Positions 14,558-22,560 of a DNA stretch of 22,560 nucleotides are shown in pieces (the first letter of the stretch is position 1; every line of letters begins with the position of its first letter). The notes under the pieces were generated by a model. The model was not told the origin of the DNA. It saw nothing but the letters and a program-made list of their open reading frames with translations, and ran no database searches. This stretch comes from Nitrososphaerota archaeon (GTDB taxonomy: Archaea; Thermoproteota; Nitrososphaeria_A; Caldarchaeales; Calditenuaceae): NCBI GenBank assembly GCA_038741355.1, contig JAVYLC010000026.1:1-22560 (forward strand), given 5' to 3'. Made by a program: the position numbers and the translations under genes.

Positions 14558-15175
14558 ATGTCGTCAAAAACCTCGAAGAAGGGAGAAAAGGCCGAGTACG
14601 TGATTAAGGCACCCCCCTACTTCGCCGAAAGGACGATAGGAGTATCTATGAGCGACGACCCAAGTAAGCTGCTAAACAGGACCGTGAAAATAAGCCTATA
14701 CACATTGACAGACGATCCGACAAAACAGTACATTCTAGTTAAGTTCCAGATAGTTAATGTTGACGGCAACGTTGCGGAGACCATCTTTTACGGACATGAA
14801 TATGATAGAGAATTTATTAGAAGTCTCGTGAGACGCGGTACCAGCAAGATAGATGGCTATTATAACGTAGAGACAAAGGATGGATATAGGCTGAGGGTTC
14901 AATGTACAGTATTTACTCACAACAGGGTAAGGTCTGGAAAGAAGACGTCAATCCGTCACATTATGAGGGAGGTGGTTGAGGTTTCGGCTAAAAAGCTTGA
15001 GCTGGGACAGTTTGCCCAGGAGGTTGTGCTGGGTAAGACTGCTTCAGACATCTACAACTCCGTTAAGAAGATTCTTCTCCCACGGCATGTGGGCGTGGTT
15101 AAGTCGAAGGTCCTTGCGAAGCCTCAACTGGCATCCACTGATGAGAGAATGGCTGTAGAGCAGCCACAATCCTAA
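14558..15175 (+). CDS. rps3ae: 30S ribosomal protein S3Ae (eS1)
   Basis: 205 aa. Lys-rich N-terminus, YTLTDDPTKQYILVKFQIVNVDGNVAETIFYGHEYDREFIRSLVRRGTSKID typical of eS1. TTAAAAT box at 14519-14525. Confidence 0.9.
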   Translation: MSSKTSKKGEKAEYVIKAPPYFAERTIGVSMSDDPSKLLNRTVKISLYTLTDDPTKQYILVKFQIVNVDGNVAETIFYGHEYDREFIRSLVRRGTSKIDGYYNVETKDGYRLRVQCTVFTHNRVRSGKKTSIRHIMREVVEVSAKKLELGQFAQEVVLGKTASDIYNSVKKILLPRHVGVVKSKVLAKPQLASTDERMAVEQPQS

Positions 15176-15179
15176 GTGT

Positions 15180-15545
15180 TTACTCCCTACCCATCCCGTT
15201 GCTAGAGGCCCTGTTATGACGCCTTCTGTGATATGTCCTTAGATAGTAGCCCTCCTCTCTCAGGGGCCCGAAACTCCTCACACCCCTCTCATAGACCTGT
15301 TTCTTGAGCCTCTCCGACTCCTCATCGGAGATCTCCCTCCTCTGCTTCAGAAACTCTATGACCTGAATCGCTTCTTCCTCCGTTGCACACCTCATCAAGT
15401 AGTCCTCCGGGCCGGGCATGAAGCCTCTCAGCGGCTCCTCAACGGCCCCCTCGCTAGCATCTTCCAAACCTGTCTCCGACTGTTCAAGCTCATTTGAGAG
15501 GGCTGGGAAGAGTTTCTTGAAGTCGCGCTTATCCCAAGGGATCAC
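15180..15545 (-). CDS. Small conserved-looking archaeal hypothetical protein
   Basis: 121 aa with a GTG start. DFKKLFPALSNEL at the N-terminus, an acidic middle, and a basic C-terminus (YYLRTYHRRRHNR). It may belong to a DUF family of small archaeal proteins, but I cannot name it reliably. Confidence 0.55.
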   Translation of the reverse strand: MIPWDKRDFKKLFPALSNELEQSETGLEDASEGAVEEPLRGFMPGPEDYLMRCATEEEAIQVIEFLKQRREISDEESERLKKQVYERGVRSFGPLREEGYYLRTYHRRRHNRASSNGMGRE

Positions 15546-15603
15546 TGGGCCTCCACTATACGTTTGCTTCCCGATATTTAAGTAGAGGGGTCTACCGCGC
15601 CGT

Positions 15604-16287
15604 TTAGGCCTCTCTCCCCGACCTACTGGTTTTCAGCCTCTCGTAGAGGTCGTAGAGCTCGAAGTCTTTCTGTACCTTCTCCCTCAACTCGTTTGGATAC
15701 ACTCCCTTTACTCTGCCGTCCTCAAGTAGGGCTATCTCGTCCGCGACTAGGAGCGCCTCAAGCGGGTCGTGGGTCACGTATAGCATTGGGATATCGAAGC
15801 TCCTAACCAGGTTAAGTACGAGCTTCTTGTTGAGCCAGTCGAGGTTTGCGCAGGGCTCATCCATTAGGAGAGCTTCTGGATTCTTCAGTAGGACGGTTGC
15901 TATGGCGAGTAGCTGTGACTCGCCGACCGATAGGTTCCTCTTCCTTAGGAGGCCCTCTAGACCCAGCTTAGAGATGAGCGGCTTGTAGTCTGTACCGTGT
16001 AGCTTGGAGAAGTATTCTAGCTGGTCGCGGGGGCTCATGGCCAGCCTAACTACTCTCTGGGGGATGTAGCCTAGTGGCCTATCCTCCACGGCTAGGTCAG
16101 AGATATCTCTACCGTTGACGATTATTTTCCCGTCAGCCGGCCTGATTAGACCCATAATGGCCTTAAGCAGTGTTGATTTTCCAGCACCGTTCCTCCCCAG
16201 CAGCACAGTCTTCGACCTCACCTTTAGAAGCTCAATTTTTCGCCTCCAACTCCCCCTGACTACGACGAGGTTATGGATTTCCAGCAC
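15604..16287 (-). CDS. wtpC: ABC transporter ATP-binding protein (WtpC/ModC-like, NBD only)
   Basis: 227 aa. Walker A GRNGAGKST, signature-like LSVGESQ, Walker B LLMDEP, H-loop VTHD. No C-terminal TOBE/regulatory extension. Overlaps the permease gene by 17 nt. Confidence 0.85.
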   Translation of the reverse strand: MLEIHNLVVVRGSWRRKIELLKVRSKTVLLGRNGAGKSTLLKAIMGLIRPADGKIIVNGRDISDLAVEDRPLGYIPQRVVRLAMSPRDQLEYFSKLHGTDYKPLISKLGLEGLLRKRNLSVGESQLLAIATVLLKNPEALLMDEPCANLDWLNKKLVLNLVRSFDIPMLYVTHDPLEALLVADEIALLEDGRVKGVYPNELREKVQKDFELYDLYERLKTSRSGREA

Positions 16288-16987
16288 GTTCCAGCACCAC
16301 CATAACTAAAGTCAGCACTATAGCGACCGCTAAGAGGACTTGTGAGGCAGAGACGACCGATGTGGGGCCGCTCTTGAGGAACTCTTCAAAAATATATATG
16401 CCCACTGTCTGGGGTCTCTGCGCAACGATAAGGAAGACGCCCAGCTCGGAGAAGGCTCTAAACCACGATAATAGGGCCGCGAGAAGGACGCTCGCAGGTG
16501 ATGCCCTGAGGTAAAACCATTGCAGCCTCAAGCCCCTCACACCCATACTCCTCAAAAACTCTTCCAGCTCAACCCCTTGGGCTGCAAACGAAGCCCTCAT
16601 AACCCCGACCCCGATGGGCAGCGACACAACAAACATTCCTAGAACTATTGCCGCGCCGGTGTCTGCGATCTTGAGGCTGAAGACTGTTGGCGCTAGTAGT
16701 ACACCAATGGCTGTGTGTGGGATGGCGGTGGAGAACAGTATGAGGGGAGTTATGTAACTGCCTGTAGGCCTGAATGCGAGGGCGAAACCCAGTATGAAGG
16801 ATACGGGTAGGACTATGAGCGAGGATGCTGTCGCGTACGTTGCGGTTGATGCGATGATCCAGAAGAAACTGGGTGAAGGGGCGGTGCCAAACACTATAAC
16901 GGCTGGCAACGACAGTAGTAGAAAATATGCGACAGAGACTATAACTGCTAGGAGAAGTATTCTATCCATGGCTCCTCCATAAACCAT
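16271..16987 (-). CDS. wtpB: ABC transporter permease (WtpB/ModB-like)
   Basis: 238 aa, multi-TM throughout. The cytoplasmic loop EEFLRSMGVRGLRLQWFYLRASP resembles the EAA coupling motif. It sits between the binding-protein and ATPase genes, overlapping both. Confidence 0.8.
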   Translation of the reverse strand: MVYGGAMDRILLLAVIVSVAYFLLLSLPAVIVFGTAPSPSFFWIIASTATYATASSLIVLPVSFILGFALAFRPTGSYITPLILFSTAIPHTAIGVLLAPTVFSLKIADTGAAIVLGMFVVSLPIGVGVMRASFAAQGVELEEFLRSMGVRGLRLQWFYLRASPASVLLAALLSWFRAFSELGVFLIVAQRPQTVGIYIFEEFLKSGPTSVVSASQVLLAVAIVLTLVMVVLERAGNP

Positions 16988-17834
16988 ATTTCTCTAAGTC
17001 TATCTGCTCGATTTTATCAAGGAAGTTGTCTCCTGTGGGTGTGAATGAGGCGGCGAATGCGCGGAAGGCCTTAACCTCGATGAGGCCAGTCACGGTGACT
17101 GCTACGAACCTTGTGGGCGGATCCTGAAGAAATGTTATCTCGTCGGGCATCTCAATTATCTTAAAGCGACCGGCATAACCCCTCGCGACTATAAAGGGTG
17201 AGTGGCCGAAGATACAGTCAACAACCCCACCCTCCAGCAACGTGGCCACGCCGGCTAAGTCGTCCCTCGCCCTGAATCTCCCGCTCGCCTCAAAGTTGCG
17301 TACATCAATCATGACACTGTTGTCGGAAGGATTATGAATGTACCTAATATTGAGACTCCGGCTCAACTCGTCGAGCTTGACCAGCTCGTATTTAGTGCCA
17401 AGCCAGTAGATTGCCGCTAGGGACCTGTAGCCTATGGGTGCAAAGTTAGGGTTGGCTAGGCCTATCTTGACGTACCCAAGGTCATTAAGCGAGTAGTTCC
17501 CCCTACAGACCAGTAGAAGCCTGAAGTGTCCCAGATCCAAGACCCTGCGGGGCTGAATAAACTTCAAGAGCTCCCAGTCCACGCTAAGAAAAACATCCGG
17601 CACATTACCGGACTGAATCAACCTAATCCCCATTACACTACCTATCGATCGCACGTCAACTAAGTCAGAGCCATAGAGGTCCGCACCCCCCTTAGCCACC
17701 CCCACCAAAGTAGGGGCCGTGAAGACGACCACAGCCCCCCTACCGCCTAGTGGGTTCAAGGGAAGAAATGCCGCGACGGTTACCGCCCCAATAACCGCCG
17801 CCATTATTGACAATAGCGTAAATTTACTCATCAC
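16962..17834 (-). CDS. wtpA: Tungstate/molybdate-type periplasmic substrate-binding protein (WtpA/ModA-like)
   Basis: 290 aa with an N-terminal signal/anchor (FTLLSIMAAVIGAVTVAAF). GSVMGIRLIQSGNVPDVFLSVDWELL and GLANPNFAPIGYRSLAA resemble WtpA/ModA oxyanion-binding segments. The start is GTG 17834 or ATG 17831. Confidence 0.7.
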   Translation of the reverse strand: MMSKFTLLSIMAAVIGAVTVAAFLPLNPLGGRGAVVVFTAPTLVGVAKGGADLYGSDLVDVRSIGSVMGIRLIQSGNVPDVFLSVDWELLKFIQPRRVLDLGHFRLLLVCRGNYSLNDLGYVKIGLANPNFAPIGYRSLAAIYWLGTKYELVKLDELSRSLNIRYIHNPSDNSVMIDVRNFEASGRFRARDDLAGVATLLEGGVVDCIFGHSPFIVARGYAGRFKIIEMPDEITFLQDPPTRFVAVTVTGLIEVKAFRAFAASFTPTGDNFLDKIEQIDLEKYGLWRSHG

Positions 17835-17857
17835 ACAGCTTCCCTTCCTTATAAACT

Positions 17858-17865
17858 ATTTAAAT
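17858..17865. promoter_or_regulatory. Palindromic TATA box (ATTTAAAT), likely a shared bidirectional promoter element for wtpA and the modE-like gene
   Basis: A perfect 8-bp palindrome centred about 28-31 nt from the wtpA start (17831/17834, minus strand) and about 30 nt from in-frame ATG 17892 of the plus-strand regulator gene. Confidence 0.5.
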
Positions 17866-17867
17866 AT

Positions 17868-18452
17868 ATGCAGCGCATTACTCAACGATACATGTCGGTC
17901 ACCGAAGTGCGTGAGGGTAGGGTGGTTTTGAAGCTTGACGGCGAGGGGTATATGAGCGTTGGGCTACCTTACTTTGAACTACTCGATGGTGTGAGGAGAT
18001 ACGGAACCCTGAGCAGAGCATGCCGTGAGGTAGGCGTGACACTCAAGACCGGCTCAAAGTGGATTCGCTTTCTAGAGTCTAGGCTTGGAGTTAAACTCGT
18101 GGAGGTTAGGAAAGGGGGCAGGGGTGGGGGTGGAAGCACACTGACTGAGCATGCCTACAGGCTGCTTGAGAGCTACTATTCTGCTAGGACTGTCACTAAG
18201 CCAGGCTTCATAACTACCTTCATAGAAAGTCTATTAAGCGCGCGGAATATATTGAGATGCCGTGTTAGGTCTGTTCAGAGATCTGAGATATTGAGTATGG
18301 TTGAACTGGAATTGGAACCAAACCAATGTTTGAAGGCAGTAGTTACAACACAGAGTGTTGAGAGACTGAATATCCGCGAGGGAAGGGAGGTCCTAGCAAT
18401 AGTTAAGGCGACTGAAGTATTGGTCGCATCGAAGGACCTTATACGACCTTGA
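17868..18452 (+). CDS. ModE-like molybdate/tungstate-responsive regulator (HTH plus single TOBE/Mop domain)
   Basis: N-terminal ModE-type HTH (YFELLDGVRRYGTLSRACREVGVTLKTGSKWIRFLESRLGVKLVEVRKGGRGGGGSTLTEHAYRLL). C-terminal TOBE-like SARNILRCRVRSV....VVTTQSVERLNIREGREVLAIVKATEVLV. ATG 17868 overlaps the TATA box, so the real start is more likely ATG 17892 (MSVTEV..). Confidence 0.8.
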   Translation: MQRITQRYMSVTEVREGRVVLKLDGEGYMSVGLPYFELLDGVRRYGTLSRACREVGVTLKTGSKWIRFLESRLGVKLVEVRKGGRGGGGSTLTEHAYRLLESYYSARTVTKPGFITTFIESLLSARNILRCRVRSVQRSEILSMVELELEPNQCLKAVVTTQSVERLNIREGREVLAIVKATEVLVASKDLIRP

Positions 18453-18460
18453 TGGCCGCC

Positions 18461-20251
18461 TCATGCAGGTATCTCGGCCCTTAGCGCCTCAATCTCTGAC
18501 CTTATTTCAGCCTCTAACTCGTCGAACCTCTCAAGCTCCTCATTCCCTATCATGTATTTCGCCCTCAGCATCTTTGTGATGACTTTAAGCGCTCTTATGT
18601 CCTCGATCTTCACTCCCTTGTTTATAGCTGCGAGCGCCTGCTCATAGAAGTTTACAAACATTTTAAGCATCCTAAACTGTTTCTGTGGACTGCAGTATGA
18701 GTCAACCTCGTCGTAGGCGCTCTGCTGCAGGAATCCCTCCCTGATCATCCTCGCAACATCTAGGATGAGGTTTTCTTCGTCTGCGAGTGCTTCGGGGCCA
18801 AGTAGCCTCACAAGTTCCAGCAGCTCCTCCTCCCTTCTCAGGATGCTGTATAACTTGGCCCTCGTATCATACCAGTCTCCACCAATCTTGCTCCACCACT
18901 CCACAACAGTGTCAACGTACGCGGAGTAGCTCATAATCCAGTTTATAGCCGGATAGTGTCTCGTATATGCTAAGTTGGGGTCAAGCGCCCAAAAGACCCT
19001 CACAAACCTGAGCGTATGTGTAGTGACCGGCTCTGTGAAATCTCCGCCAGGAGGTGAGACAGCCCCAACGATGGTGAGGCTTCCAACCCTACTCGGCTCT
19101 CCGAGGACCTCAACCCGCCCAGCCCGCTCATAGAACTCCGCGAGCCTGCTCGCAAGATAGCTGGGATATCCCTCCTCGGCTGGCATCTCCTCTAGCCGCC
19201 CGCTAATCTCCCTCAGAGCCTCAGCCCACCTACTAGTAGAGTCTGCCACAAGCAGAACATCATACCCCATATCCCTATAATACTCGGCTAAGGCCGCGCC
19301 CGTGTAGATGCTGGCCTCCCTAGCCGAGACTGGCATATTGCTGGTGTTAGCTATCAAGACCGTCCTCTCCATGAGAGGCCTGCCGGTATGGGGGTCTGTC
19401 AAGTGTGGGAACTCCTTCAGGACCTCAGCCTCCTCGTTCCCCCGCTCACCACACCCTATGTGGAGTATAACCTTAGCATCACTCCACTTAGCCAGCTGGT
19501 GTAGTGTGACCGTCTTTCCAGTACCAAAAGCCCCGGGTATGCAGCCAGTCCCACCCTTAGCCATTGGGAAGAGAATGTCTAGGACGCGCTGGCCTGTTAT
19601 TAGGGGGACAACTGGGTCTAGTCGTCTCTTTATGGGGCGTGGGGTCCGCACAGGCCATTTATGCATCATCGATACTTCGACTTTACCATCCTTGTTTTCC
19701 AGCTCGACCACGGTCTCTTGAACCGTGTAATCACCTTCCGGTGCGACATGTTTTACTGTTCCCGGTTTAACATCTGGCGGAATCATGACGTACGTCTTGA
19801 TTAGGGGTGTTTCCTCGACCTCACCTATCACAGTTCCAGGCTCGACCTGTGTGCCCGGCTTGATCAGGGGCTTAAACCTCCACTTTTTGTCTAGAGGTAT
19901 GCTCGGAACCGATATGCCCCTTCTCACGAAGGCTCCAGCCTGTTGAGATATTCGGTCTAGCGGCCTCTGAACTCCATCATAGATGCTGCCTATCACGCCG
20001 GGCCCGAGGCTGACGGAGAGCGGGCCACCTGAACCTATTACGGGCTCTTCAGGCGCTAATCCCGAGGTATTCTCATAGACCTGTATGTAGGCGTTGTCCC
20101 CACTAAGTCTGATGACCTCACCAACCAGCTTTTCTTCACCAACATAGACCATCTCATACATTTTAGCCCCTGTCATCCCCCCAGCCTTAACCGTCGGACC
20201 GGCTATCCAGAGGATCCTCCCCTTAACAGGCATAACTAATGGTGACAGCAC
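18461..20251 (-). CDS. atpA: V-type (A-type) ATP synthase catalytic subunit A
   Basis: 596 aa. Walker [45 protein letters not shown], all hallmarks of A/V-ATPase subunit A. No intein-sized insertion. Confidence 0.95.
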   Translation of the reverse strand: MLSPLVMPVKGRILWIAGPTVKAGGMTGAKMYEMVYVGEEKLVGEVIRLSGDNAYIQVYENTSGLAPEEPVIGSGGPLSVSLGPGVIGSIYDGVQRPLDRISQQAGAFVRRGISVPSIPLDKKWRFKPLIKPGTQVEPGTVIGEVEETPLIKTYVMIPPDVKPGTVKHVAPEGDYTVQETVVELENKDGKVEVSMMHKWPVRTPRPIKRRLDPVVPLITGQRVLDILFPMAKGGTGCIPGAFGTGKTVTLHQLAKWSDAKVILHIGCGERGNEEAEVLKEFPHLTDPHTGRPLMERTVLIANTSNMPVSAREASIYTGAALAEYYRDMGYDVLLVADSTSRWAEALREISGRLEEMPAEEGYPSYLASRLAEFYERAGRVEVLGEPSRVGSLTIVGAVSPPGGDFTEPVTTHTLRFVRVFWALDPNLAYTRHYPAINWIMSYSAYVDTVVEWWSKIGGDWYDTRAKLYSILRREEELLELVRLLGPEALADEENLILDVARMIREGFLQQSAYDEVDSYCSPQKQFRMLKMFVNFYEQALAAINKGVKIEDIRALKVITKMLRAKYMIGNEELERFDELEAEIRSEIEALRAEIPA

Positions 20252-20279
20252 CCATCCAGCTAAAAAACTTTGACTATCA

Positions 20280-20888
20280 TCATGAGGAGAGGAGCCGCTT
20301 GATTATTTCCCTTCGTATCTCCTCACGCATCCTCTCAAGCCTAGCCTCCACGGTATTATCAAATATCATGGATCCATCACTTCTAATCACTCTAACCCCA
20401 CCCACACTCTCTAAGAAGTTTTCCGACAGCCTAATCTTTACACCCACTTCTTTCCCAAGCTCCCTAGCCAGCTCCTTCACCAGCTGCTGGTCCTCTCTCG
20501 AGCACTCAACCACTACCTCATCACCCCCAACAAACTCCAAGGCCTCCCTCATAAGGGCCTTGAGGCCTTGGCGATACTCTCCACTCCTCTTTAGAGACGG
20601 AATCCTGTCTAGGGCCTCTTTGATGACCGTGCCTACGCACCTTTCAACCGACTCGAGATATTCGCGTCTAGCCTCAAGTATAGCCTGGCTTACAAGCCTC
20701 ATCCTCAAGGCAGTAGACTCTCTATGAATGCTCTGTGAGGCAGCGGCCGCCTGTCTGCTAAGCTCATCAGCCCCCTCCCTAAGCCGTCTCATACTCTCCT
20801 CCTCAATCTCCCTAATCTTTGCCCTGAACTCGACCACGGCATCCTCAACAACGCTCTTCAAAACGTCCTCGAGCTTCATAGGGGGCAT
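20280..20888 (-). CDS. atpE: V-type ATP synthase subunit E
   Basis: 202 aa. Long charged N-terminal helix and a globular C-terminus ending [30 protein letters not shown], typical of subunit E. It lies between atpF and atpA. Confidence 0.8.
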   Translation of the reverse strand: MPPMKLEDVLKSVVEDAVVEFRAKIREIEEESMRRLREGADELSRQAAAASQSIHRESTALRMRLVSQAILEARREYLESVERCVGTVIKEALDRIPSLKRSGEYRQGLKALMREALEFVGGDEVVVECSREDQQLVKELARELGKEVGVKIRLSENFLESVGGVRVIRSDGSMIFDNTVEARLERMREEIRREIIKRLLSS

Positions 20889-20915
20889 AACCCATCAACC
20901 GCTCGACCCGCCACG

Positions 20916-21212
20916 TTAAATACCTAGTATCCTCCTAAGCATTGCCCTGTAGTCTACCTCAGATGGCTTTTCACCGGGTCTCGGGAGGAGATAGACCACG
21001 GGTTTGGGAAGCGTAGAGCTGAGCTGTCCGACCCTGCTGGCAAACTCTGGGCCAAACTCGTCACTCACAAGAATCAGACCGACATCAGGGTCCCTAGAAA
21101 GCTCCTGGATGACTCTTAGAGCCTCACGCCCATCGCCAACAACCATACCGCCCATCCCCGCAATACGGAACGAAGCGACAAAGAGCTTACCGCCCACAGC
21201 GACTGCCCTCAT
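20916..21212 (-). CDS. atpF: V-type ATP synthase subunit F
   Basis: 98 aa. AVAVGGKLFVASFRIAGMGG...DVGLILVSDEF matches the subunit F pattern (iaViGd.d.v.GFrLaGi ... giIlite.). Confidence 0.8.
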   Translation of the reverse strand: MRAVAVGGKLFVASFRIAGMGGMVVGDGREALRVIQELSRDPDVGLILVSDEFGPEFASRVGQLSSTLPKPVVYLLPRPGEKPSEVDYRAMLRRILGI

Positions 21213-21238
21213 CCTAAACCCTCAGCACTCATCCACAC

Positions 21239-21246
21239 TTTATATT
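21239..21246. promoter_or_regulatory. TATA box between divergent atpF and tRNA-Ala
   Basis: TTTATATT is centred about 30 nt from the atpF ATG (21212, minus strand) and about 31 nt from tRNA position 1 (21273, plus strand). Confidence 0.5.
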
Positions 21247-21272
21247 TTCCCCAACGTAAAACTTGAGTATAG

Positions 21273-21344
21273 GGGCCGGTAGATCAGTGGCAGATCACCC
21301 GGTTTGCACCCGGGAGGTCGCGGGTTCGAATCCCGCCCGGTCCA
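21273..21344 (+). tRNA. tRNA-Ala (anticodon UGC), no encoded CCA, no intron
   Basis: Hand-folded cloverleaf. Acceptor GGGCCGG/CCGGTCC with the G3:U70 alanine identity pair. D arm GATC-AGTGGCA-GATC. Anticodon arm CCCGG-TTTGCAC-CCGGG. Variable AGGTC. T arm GCGGG-TTCGAAT-CCCGC. Discriminator A. Confidence 0.92.
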
Positions 21345-21354
21345 AGCATCGAGA

Positions 21355-21408
21355 TATATTCTCTGCGGTTACATAAGCAGTATTTGTCAATCAATTGCAG
21401 AGAAATAT
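21355..21408. repeat. Imperfect inverted repeat downstream of tRNA-Ala
   Basis: TTCTCTGC (21359-21366) and GCAGAGAA (21397-21404) are exact reverse complements. ATAT flanks extend the pairing with one bulge. The spacer is 30 nt and A/T-rich. Confidence 0.5.
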
Positions 21409-21481
21409 TCAATAACAGAAATTGAGTGGCTCTGCCCGATTATTCAACACTAGGTCAGTGGCAGGCTATCAGAGTGCTTAA

Positions 21482-22143
21482 ATGCTAGCAATTTTTAAAA
21501 GAGGCGAGGCGCTGAATGACATGAGCATAATTGTGAGCAGCTACTTTGCACCTGCTAATGTGCAGGAGGCAGTGTCGCTTAAGAGAAAGCTCCGTGACAA
21601 GGCACTAGTGGTGGCCGGCGGAACATCCACTGTACAGCTGATCAATAAGATGATAATTGAGCCCCCAGCTATAATCTCTCTTGAGAGAGTTCCGCTCGAT
21701 TATGTAAAGATACGGCAAACAGTGTAGAGATAGGTGCGACAACTCCTATCGCGAGATTGGTTGAAAGCCGGGGTCTTCCAAATGCTTTGAAGAAAGCAGC
21801 TGAAAGTGTTCACGGGCTGGCACTCAAGGATATGGCTACTGTTGGCGGCAACATCTTCACACCCGCCCCAGCAGGAGACATAGCAACAGCCCTGTTATCC
21901 TTGGATGCTGTACTCATTCTAAGGGGGGCTAAGGGTACAAGGAGTATGCCTCTATCTAAGTTCTACAAAGGTCCACTACAATTCAACATCAGGTCAGACG
22001 AGATACTGACAGCGGTTAGGAGTAACAAACCGCCAAAGTTCTCAGCATTCCTAAAGCAGACACCTTGGAAGTATAGCGGCCTAACAATCACGTCGGTCTC
22101 CGTTAGCCTAGATTTAGACAAAAATGGTAAGGCGCGCGTCTAG
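21482..22143 (+). pseudogene. CoxM/CutM-like FAD-binding medium subunit of a molybdenum hydroxylase; frameshifted and C-terminally truncated
   Basis: Fragment 1 (21482..21727) has FAPANVQEAVSLKRKLRDKALVVAGGTSTVQLINKMIIEPPAIISLERVPLDYVKIRQ. The reading continues in another frame as NSVEIGATTPIARLVES..LKDMATVGGNIFTPAPAGDIATALLSLDAVLILRG.. (21757..22143). Together these give the PCMH-type FAD-binding pattern (AGG.S..., l.IGA, TvGGn). The shift maps to the A-run at 21717-21719. The protein stops about 60 aa short. No large or small subunit genes are adjacent. Confidence 0.7.
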
Positions 22144-22397
22144 AAATTTTTCCATCCCTTGGCATACGCTAGAGGGGGATGGGGAGGATACATATATTCT
22201 TTATTCCGAGTTCCGATTAGCAGGTGGGATCAGACCAATATTTTGATTGCGGGGGTCGGCTCGGCTCTTCCTGCATCACGATTCAGTCTGGAGCGGCGGG
22301 CCTCATCCCCACTGTGTATCTGCTCGGTGGAGGCTTTATTTCTTACTTGGGCGAGGCTTTTATCGCGTTTTGGGGTGTATTTGTGGGGTAGGGTGGC

Positions 22398-22560
22398 GTG
22401 GAGGTAGCTCTGGTGAATTTCACATCAGGCGGTGTGAGTGGTAGTGGCAGGCATGTGGCCTTGCTTAGGAAAGGGCTTGTCGAGGAGGGGGTTGCAGTTA
22501 AGGTTCTCGACTCTAAGAATACTTGGCATCTCGACTTCCCGATGCTTAGGGCTCCGAGCT
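22398..22560 (+). CDS. 5' part of a probable GT4-type glycosyltransferase (runs off the window; not in the ORF track)
   Basis: Hand translation from GTG 22398: (M)EVALVNFTSGGVSGSGRHVALLRKGLVEEGVAVKVLDSKNTWHLDFPMLRAPS. The pattern iALv....GG..rhv..L...L.e.G..V.vl is the usual GT-B/GT4 N-terminus. The frame is open to the window end. Confidence 0.45.
   Translation, partial: MEVALVNFTSGGVSGSGRHVALLRKGLVEEGVAVKVLDSKNTWHLDFPMLRAPS

Noticed and set aside
22159-22444. ORFs 22159..22407 and 22247..22444 as genes
   Set aside because: Their composition is G/W/R/C-rich with no motifs. The first may contain a degraded remnant of the coxM-like C-terminus. The second overlaps the better-supported glycosyltransferase start (GTG 22398) out of frame.

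Overview
This looks like an archaeal chromosomal segment, probably TACK/Crenarchaeota-like. GC is moderate by eye. Many genes are leaderless, with A/T-rich TATA boxes about 25-35 nt upstream of the start codon. GTG/TTG starts and 4-26 nt gene overlaps are frequent. Most of the window is housekeeping: GlyRS, a THEP1-type NTPase and Trm1; a cupin; an HTH-fused CTP-dependent riboflavin kinase; proteasome beta; uS13; a split cobalamin-independent methionine synthase pair; a RecJ/GAN-like DHH phosphoesterase with Pcc1; eS1; a WtpABC-like tungstate/molybdate ABC transporter with a divergent ModE-like regulator; V-type ATPase F-E-A; tRNA-Ala(UGC); a decayed CoxM-like gene; and a partial glycosyltransferase start. 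The accessory content is two diverged members of a compact IS110-like recombinase family (DEDD RuvC-like domain plus Ser). The copy at about 303-1187 is apparently intact and is bracketed by two strongly structured non-coding stretches: a GC-rich multi-hairpin island at 100-329, and a 189-nt 3' region at 1188-1376 with two near-perfect hairpins. The copy at about 8961-9999 is decayed by an in-frame stop, a frameshift and loss of the Ser segment. The two share only about one third of amino acids by eye, yet keep a nucleotide-conserved 3' terminal motif. Because IS110/IS1111 recombinases are guided by bridge/seek RNAs encoded in their non-coding ends, the intact copy is my best candidate for an uncharacterised archaeal RNA-guided recombinase module. 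This is inference and is not demonstrated. Secondary curiosities are a 4-TM protein with a C-terminal RING-H2/PHD-like zinc finger, a perfectly palindromic TATA box shared by the divergent wtpA and modE-like genes, and an orphan frameshifted coxM-like pseudogene next to the tRNA. All functional calls rest on motifs recalled from memory. No database search was possible.
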